64,000 nt of DNA from Octopus bimaculoides (Eukaryota), in assembly GCF_001194135.2 (NCBI RefSeq), contig NC_068984.1, positions 45,447,372-45,511,371 on the forward strand, read 5' to 3'. Below the pieces are notes generated by a model that was not told the DNA's origin, ran no database searches, and saw nothing but the letters and a program-made list of their open reading frames with translations. Below, in pieces: positions 56,268-64,000 of the stretch (position 1 is the first letter of the stretch; the number at the start of each line of letters is the position of its first letter). Both the position numbers and the translations under genes were made by a program.

Positions 56268-58485
56268 ATTCTATCCTTTCTTTCTGATTCTCTTTATCTT
56301 TCTCCCTTTTTTNNNNNNNNNNNNNNNNNNNNNNNNNNNNNNNNNNNNNNNNNNNNNNNNNNNNNNNNNNNNNNNNNNNNNNNNNNNNNNNNNNNNNNNN
56401 NNNNNNNNNNNNNNNNNNNNNNNNNNNNNNNNNNNNNNNNNNNNNNNNNNNNNNNNNNNNNNNNNNNNNNNNNNNNNNNNNNNNNNNNNNNNNNNNNNNN
56501 NNNNNNNNNNNNNNNNNNNNNNNNNNNNNNNNNNNNNNNNNNNNNNNNNNNNNNNNNNNNNNNNNNNNNNNNNNNNNNNNNNNNNNNNNNNNNNNNNNNN
56601 NNNNNNNNNNNNNNNNNNNNNNNNNNNNNNNNNNNNNNNNNNNNNNNNNNNNNNNNNNNNNNNNNNNNNNNNNNNNNNNNNNNNNNNNNNNNNNNNNNNN
56701 NNNNNNNNNNNNNNNNNNNNNNNNNNNNNNNNNNNNNNNNNNNNNNNNNNNNNNNNNNNNNNNNNNNNNNNNNNNNNNNNNNNNNNNNNNNNNNNNNNNN
56801 NNNNNNNNNNNNNNNNNNNNNNNNNNNNGTCTATTTTTTATCTTCATTTCTTATTTTAATAATGAGAAACTATTAAGCTTACAACTGTTGGAGAAAATGC
56901 CATGTATATCTGATGGTTTTTTAGATAGTGGCTTAAAAATCTAGTTTGTGGTTTTTTTTTTTTTTTTGATATCTCTTAGTAACATTTTTGTTATGATTTG
57001 GTCAGAAGGAAAAGTTAGTGCCCATATTTTACTGCAGCCCCTCCAAGTCCTGTGAGATTGGTGTACTTGATGCTTATACTTTGGTGAAGTGATGAAAATG
57101 TCAGTGTGTTGCCCTTTAACATTTGGTTAGCTCCTATAAGGTGTCAAGTAGGAAGAATTGTTAGCATGCCAGGCAAAATGCTTAGCGGCATTTTGACTGT
57201 CTAAGCTGACATTCCGCTATGGTTGACTGTCTAAGCTGACATTCCGCTATGGTTGACTTTGCCTTTCATCCTTTCAGGGTTGATGAATTAGTACCAGTTG
57301 GTCACTGGGGTTGAATACGGTCCGCGAAAGCGTGGCCTATAGATCCTTTCCGAACAACTCGGGTCCGGCTACGGTTCCGACTTAATCCCACCCCTAAAAT
57401 TGCTGGCCTTTTGCCAAAATTCGAATTCAATATTTGGTTAGGTCCCATTATGTTCAAAATATAAATCCTGCTTAGGGTTCTTAATCATCATCATTCAATA
57501 ACCATGTCCCATGTTAGCACAGGTTGAACTGTTTGACAAGGATCCAATAAGTTGAAGGTCTGTACTGTGCACCACTGTCTGCTTTGGCATGGTTTCTACA
57601 GCTGGATGTCCTTTTTAATTCCACTCACTTTACAGAGTGTACTGGGTGCTTTTCTTTTTTTGTGCTACTAGCACTATTGAGGCCACCATGTAGCTCACAA
57701 GCCAAAAAAACCCAGGGAAAGAGGATGCTGCATCCATATGTTAGAGGAGAGGTTGGGGTAGAACAGGTTCTTGTGGAAGAGCTACATAGCTACTCACATT
57801 TAGGTGAGAGATGAATTAGAGGTAGATCTAAGGAGATAGACAGTAGTGATGAGATGTCCGGGTGGCATCTGATGTAGCAGGAGTAGTAGTGAGAGGGGGT
57901 TTGCAAGAGTGTATGTTGGAAGAGAGGAGAAGTGGGAGTCAAAATATGTTTAGTTTTAATATGGAATGTATTCTCAAGTTTTCATTTTGCTAAGGACTAA
58001 TGATCATGACCTTTGCAGGTTTCCAAAATTATGAGATTGATGTGATTAATGTTGAACTTGACTATTTGTAGTTAAAGCATAATTAGAGAGGGAGTTTGAA
58101 AGATGGTTGTTGTGGGATAGAACTAAGTGAAGCTGTTAGTAGTGGGAGGTTTAGAGATGAGACACTGTAAGTGATGGGGAGGAGGAGGGAAGATAATAAG
58201 TGAGTTTAGGTGGAGAGGGAAAGGAAATGCAGTGCTCATTTCAATCTCTGTTTAGCAGTGTTGTAAATATGCTTGGATGTTTTTTTATGTTTCCCTTCAT
58301 GTATGTTTTAGAATTGAATTAGATTATCCGACCCAGCCGTCAATGCTGACCATCAAGCAGTTCCTCTTGCAGCAAGATGATGGCATCAGTGACCAAGATG
58401 CTATCAAGAAGTACAACGAATACAAGATGGAATTCAAGAAGAATCAGATAACAGACTTTTTTCTTTCACATAAGGATGAAGAATG
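49797..58485 (+). CDS. SRRT: Serrate RNA effector / Ars2, 5' part of spliced gene model
   Basis: [45 protein letters not shown] and [10 protein letters not shown]...[10 protein letters not shown] match metazoan ARS2 as recalled; one internal exon not seen. Confidence 0.96.
51821..52168 (-). mobile_element. SINE family D copy
   Basis: Same body and head as 40241-40567. Confidence 0.82.
53957..54124 (+). CDS. SRRT: SRRT exon ([12 protein letters not shown]...[21 protein letters not shown])
   Basis: ttcatag / gtcagt; 168 nt, phases 2/2. Confidence 0.95.
54275..54398. repeat. 27-bp minisatellite with alternating A/B units (54-bp higher-order repeat)
   Basis: attcattgtgacatcacatatttcttt alternates with attcattgtgatgtcatgcattcctac. 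Confidence 0.9.
55164..55944. mobile_element. Mariner derivative made of two inward-facing 5' ends
   Basis: tacg...tgatca.taagt termini; plus strand [17 protein letters not shown]; minus strand [18 protein letters not shown]. Confidence 0.82.
56313..56828. other. Assembly gap inside SRRT (other gaps: 729-810, 10779-10970, 27279-27776, 28870-28943, 38742-38751, 42764-43039)
   Basis: N runs. Confidence 0.99.
57140..57435 (+). mobile_element. Family E copy with a 30-bp tandem duplication and a foreign insert
   Basis: Family E body interrupted at about 57313-57377. Confidence 0.8.
57313..57349 (+). pseudogene. Short 28S rRNA-like fragment
   Basis: GAATACGGTCCGCGAAAGCGTGGCCTATAGATCCTTT resembles the conserved LSU segment GAATAC..ACCG.GAAAGCG.GGCCT..CGATCCTT (from memory). 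Confidence 0.65.
58312..58485 (+). CDS. SRRT: SRRT exon ([23 protein letters not shown]...[10 protein letters not shown])
   Basis: gttttag / gtgagt; conserved ARS2 N-terminal helical segment. Confidence 0.96.
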
Positions 58486-61400
58486 GTGAGTACCATGCAT
58501 TTACAAGTCAGCTCAACTTGAAAGTGTTGACTCTATCCTTTTTCAATTTGAGTCTATTTGCTTTTCTTTTTGCACACACTGTCATTATAAAAAAATATTT
58601 CTCTAAGATTAAAAAATTAAATATTAATTTGTCTGCATATATTTTGTCATTACTTAGTGTATAGAAATTTCCTCACTGCTCAATTATAATTTTTTTTTTT
58701 GGTAAGAATATCAGCTGGGTCAAATTCCTTCAGAACCCCTCTTGAATGAGAGAGTTTGGAATTTGTTGTTTGAGATTTATAGTAATAGGTGGGGGTAATG
58801 AAAGAAATTGGAGTTAGTCTAAGATATTTGTAATTCCACATGAAAGGAAAGGTGCTACATTATTAGTGTTAGTAGAAACTTGTAAGAATGGTGATATTTG
58901 GTGGGGAATTGTAAGATGCTGAAAATCTGGAGACAAAATAGATTTCTAATTGAAATAAGATTTTTTTTTTCAAGGATTTGTTTTTTGTTTTTTTCAATTG
59001 GCAAACTATATGAGTGCAATAAATGTTAGTTTAAGATGCTGGTCATATATTTAAAAGTTAAAATTCAATTATTGTTCCTGCAAGCAGCAAAATATGAATG
59101 ATCTGTATTTTTCTTTGTGTGACTGTTGTGTTGTGTTATTGCAGGTCTGTTCTGACCAAGCAGACTTATATTGCTCTGGATATCTTACCTCTCCATAGTT
59201 GAGGGCCATACTGCATGCTCTAAGAAACAGTGCTATGTTGCATTGTGACAGTCTGGACATGTACTTGCTGCTTTGTCCAGTTCATTTCCATACATCTATA
59301 GATTCTGATGGGTGATACATCACACTGGTGGTGAGCAAAATGGACTTGTTCAGACCACGTGCTGTAGTTGTACTGTACTTGATGACTATTGATCAGGTTG
59401 GTTGGGCAGCATAATAATTGATATGATGGATCAAATCTCTGTTTACTTGATTTTCCTTTATACTTCTATCAAGAAATGCCAACCTTCAGATAATAATGCA
59501 GAAATGTTTTAGAAAAGGTATCATCTGTTTTTTAATGTACACATCACAATGGTGATTATTGCTGAGTGATTGGTAGATAATAGTGAAAATGTTTTTGTTA
59601 TATTGTCTTTTAATTTTTCACACATCAGTATGATAAATACATTTATATATATTCATATTTATATATACATATTATTGAATACCACCTCACAGGAAATTAT
59701 AATTATTTTATATATTGCTCTATTACGACAAGATGAAAAGTCATTTGTTGAGCTGTTTGTAATTGGTGGGGTTGACTATCATTGTATCAGCTGTATTTAC
59801 ATTTGTTAGGTGGTAGAAGGGAGTTGTGGGTGGTGTTGAGGCCTTTCTGTCAAAGGCTTCAGAATAACAAAAGCAAAGTAACCACATACAAGAATGAATC
59901 CTTTGCAGACATAGATTACTGGGTCTCAAATTTGGTAGGTGGAAAACGTAAGCAGCTTGTTATATGTGTGTGTTTCTTTGTCTCCCTTCTGTTTGCACAC
60001 TGATTGTAAAAAAACGTCACTGTTCATACAAAACAGTGTCACATGTCTGTAATCTTCTTGTGAAGACATGTCTGGCTACTGAGCTGTTTATGTTTGAAGG
60101 ACTAGGAGAAATATCACTTTGCTTGGAAACTGGTGAGGGTTGGAAGAACATCCAGTCATAGAAAGTCTTTATCAATGAGTTTTATTTGATTCAGGCAAAC
60201 AGGAGAAAAAAATGGATATTAAAACTGTGTTGATCCATCCATCCATCTTCCCTGCCTACTATTTCTGGGAAGGTCATGGGGATAGAGTCCTCAAGCACTT
60301 CTTCCATAGGATTCTATGAGAAGCAACCATCATTACACTTTCTGGCTGGATTCCCCGGAATGACTAACTGAAACAATGATATTATTCAACTATCTTGTTT
60401 TTGGCCTGTCCTTTTAGTATTCTATGACCTAGAAACAACATTGTGTCTTTGGCCATGATGTTAAGTGGTTCAGTCCACTTTGCTATCAAGGCACATCATA
60501 CAGGAATAGCAACTTACTGTAAACAGAATGTATCACTGTAAAATTGACCGATATTTACTTCTTTTGCAGTGCTGAGTTGCAACTTGCAGAAGGATGGGTT
60601 TCATCAAATACAACCATAATCTTTCTCCTACGATAGAAAGGAATCCTGTTAATATACCATACTGTTGTTGGCAGCATTGCCAGACAGCCTAATAGTTGTG
60701 CTTCTGGAGCACAATGAAATAACTGCAACCAACATGTATTCATGATTCATGAGCTGGTACACTTGCCCAGCTCCTCATCTACTTGCCTGTGTTGCCTCAG
60801 CTTTTGTGTGTGTATAGGCAATATGCAGTTGGAAGCAAACAGGAAGCAAAAGCAGTAGCTTTCTCAGCAGAAGGCAAATGCTAGTTGTAGATGAGTAGTT
60901 TGGTGTGAGTGCTTATGTAGGGTATAAACAAAAGCAGAAAGTATCAATAGTAGAGGAGTGTGTCTATTCAGCTAACTCTTTCCTTGTGAGTTTGTCACGG
61001 GTCAGTGTAAGTAGAAATTGATACATACACAATTTTTTTTCTTTTTGTTAAGCAATTTCAGCTTATTAGTAAAACTAATTAATTCAATATTTATATGTAT
61101 ATATATTTATATATATGTAAATAATAATTATAATAATAATTCTTTTTTTTCCTGCTGATTACTAATTACTTTTTTCCTCCTGAAGGCTCTTCCTTCTACA
61201 CAGTTTCGGCAAGAATCTCTGGAACCAACAAAATATACACATCTGTTCCGACTTTTGCTAGCTAGCTAGGGTCCTGCGCACAATGCAGTGTAGTACATTG
61301 AAGTTTCTAAGTAGCTAAGGGTTCTCTGTAGGCTTTTATTTTTTATTTTTTTTTATAAATGACTTTTTCTGCGGAAGGAACTTACTTTTTTGACGCCTGC

Positions 61401-61879
61401 CATTGGTAGCTGTTAGCTGCTGGTTGTTTGGGCACTGCTTACAGGTAATGATGTAAAAGTCTTGTAAAAAACCAACAATATTAATAACAAAACAAAAAAA
61501 AACATACACATAGACTACTACTACTATTAACACAATCATTACAAAACTCCATCAGTATCATTGCTTCACATTCTCTCCTTCTCTTTTACAGCTCTTTATG
61601 TTCTGATTCTGACATCATACCTCTCTGAGGTTGACTTTGCCTTTCATCTTTCCTGGGTCGATGAAATAATCATGTGTCAAGTTCTTGGGGTTAATAAAAT
61701 TAACACTGTTCCCTCTCTTTAAATGCCTGACTTTGTTTCTGTATAAGAAATCGTTCTTAGTGCAGGTGCTCACAGCCCTCTACTAGTCGGGCAATGCAAT
61801 CATTTAGCTTTCTGTCGAGAACTAATGGTAGGGGAAAAGCTACAATATTATCGAGGAGACTCTTGCACTGAGAATCAAC

Positions 61880-62250
61880 TGGCTAGACTTTCATCCTTGT
61901 GACTATGAATAGCTTCCAGAAACCTTTGACCTGTCAGTGCTTCTGAGATTCATTGTTGATCTGAGATAAACTCTACCAGCACAAATGTGCTGTCTGGGCT
62001 TAGCAGAAATGCATAGTGTGTCAAAACTGTTCACCTTGTACTTTTTCATTGTCTGAACACTTTCAAGTTGTGAAACTTTGTTGAATTGAATTGGTGTTGT
62101 TTTGTGTGAGACACATCTGGAATTGGCTGAGTCTGTTGTGACCTTTGGCTTGGAAGGGCAGTTTTTCTGTCCCATGGCTATGGTGACAGAAGTTGTATGA
62201 TGGACACAGTTGAAAGGACTGAAGACAGATACTTTTCTCTTCAACCCTAG
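61880..62250 (-). mobile_element. Possible highly decayed LINE C-terminal remnant
   Basis: Weak resemblance of translated segments to RTE C-termini only. Confidence 0.3.
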
Positions 62251-64000
62251 CTTTTATTGACTTTTCTAAGTTATTCAGAGAGGGAGTTGTCTCCCAGTAA
62301 ATTTATTGAAAGGTAGTTGAGAGTGATGAGTATGGTTCAGGTTAATGGGGCTACTCTTGTTATGTACCTGTTGACTGAGGAATACAGATGGGAGACATCA
62401 CCTTTGGTAGAATAATCTGGAAACACTGGAGGTTTCTGATTGGGTTTAGGTAGTGGTTCTCCTCTTCAGACATTTCCTTGGTTTGTATGCTGTGTAGGCT
62501 CTCACTTTTCATTTTATAACTTGTATTTGTATTATCCTTTCATATGTCACCCTTGTGTCAATAATAATAATAATAATAAGTTATCATTATTGATGGTGGT
62601 GAACTGCAGAATTATTACAATGTTGGAGAAAATATTTTGCAGCATTCACTTAAGTGTCTTTACCTTCTGTATCCAAGGTCAATTTTGTCTATTGTCTCTT
62701 CAGAATCCATAAAATAAGTAACAGTAGGGTACTTTATTCATTGAAAACTAACTGCAAAATTTGTGATCTTGTGACTGTTAGAAATGATTTTTTTTTTGTT
62801 GTAGTATGAACCAAGATAGCTTTTAGTATATGGTTATCTTTGTGTTACACGTTGATATATTACTCATCAGTTTGCCAAACTGGAATTAAAACAAAAACAC
62901 ACTTGTGAAGTGAGTGTATAATTTGTCAATTATATATAGTGCTTTTGTTGCTTATATGTTGCTATATACCTCTTTGTTATACCTATTTTACAGACAGCTA
63001 GGAAGTTTGTCAAATGGATTCTAACCTGTTCTTGTGAGATAGACTCAATCTTTTATTTGCCTTAACACTAGCACCTATCTTAGCGATGTTCCTAGCAGAG
63101 TCCACTCTGTTGTGGGATTTCAGTAATCCATGAAAGCTTAATGGTCTTTAACCATGCTAATTACCATTAATCGATTCACTGTCTGAATTCTTCGTTGATA
63201 CATCTTAAGGGAATCATCCATTTAAACTACTATCTTCCTTGTGTTGTTTCGTTTCTTTCTGTGTTTGCTATTGTTTTTTGCTTTTCTCTCCTGCCATGTA
63301 CTGCTATGTTTAGAAAAAACTTTGATAGTGTTATGAATAGCTCTGGAGAGATGAAGAGACAGGCAAGGTCTTATACATCTTGGTCTTCTACCCTACAAAC
63401 ATAGATTATTATGCATGCAACCACACACAAGCACACACACACACACACACATACATACATACATACACACACACATCATTCTTTGTTACTGCAAAGACAC
63501 CATCCCCACCACACCGAAATACCCACAAATCACAGAAACACACTTTGCTGTTTTAACACTTTCTGATTTAATTGAATTTAACAGTTCATTTTGCCTTCTT
63601 TGTCGGATGCATTTTAACATAAACTAACATCTTTGTTTAGTGGAACTTTGTATTAATTACAAAAATACAAACCAACATTTTCTTTTATGTAATTGTATTA
63701 AACTACATACCTAGTATATAAGGATAAGCAAAGAGGAGTGATAGATTAGATAATGAAGCAGTGAACTTGTGCTGTTTGGTGGTTTAGAGTGCTCTGTTTC
63801 AATTATCAGTTTCTGTGCTGGTTTTAAATCCTTAAAAGAGTGTATATTAATAATGTACATAGGTTTCTAAAAGCAAAACTTCATCAGTCTGAAGGAGGTT
63901 TGTTTCTCTAGTGAAGATACACACATTTCAACCTGTCTATCTGTCTCATGTGAATGTGCTTGTACATCTATACACACACATATATACATGTATTGTATTG

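Noticed and set aside
58486-64000. Search for the next SRRT exon (expected to begin W-F...KYHP)
   Set aside because: No matching segment found; it probably lies beyond the window.

Overview
AT-rich, repeat-dense animal genomic DNA with seven N gaps. The repeat families resemble those of a coleoid cephalopod, probably Octopus; this is my inference from recalled repeat sequences. Two divergently transcribed spliced genes are present. On the minus strand is INTS7 (Integrator subunit 7): 16 coding exons from the ATG at 35232 down to 2303, about 735 codons in one continuous frame, running off the left edge. On the plus strand is SRRT/Ars2 (Serrate RNA effector): a probable non-coding exon near 40.9-41.0 kb, then coding exons at 49797, 53957 and 58312, continuing past the right edge, with one exon not visible. 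INTS7 has a textbook U12-type intron, and each gene needs one GC-AG intron. The introns are filled with at least five SINE-like families, RTE LINE fragments, and hAT, Tc1/mariner, piggyBac-like and GG-terminal MITEs. Several of these elements are nested or folded back on themselves. The most unusual items are a 28S rRNA-like fragment spliced into a SINE, three decayed minimal hammerhead-ribozyme-like motifs, and palindromic transposon derivatives. Homology calls come from recalled protein sequences, not from database searches.
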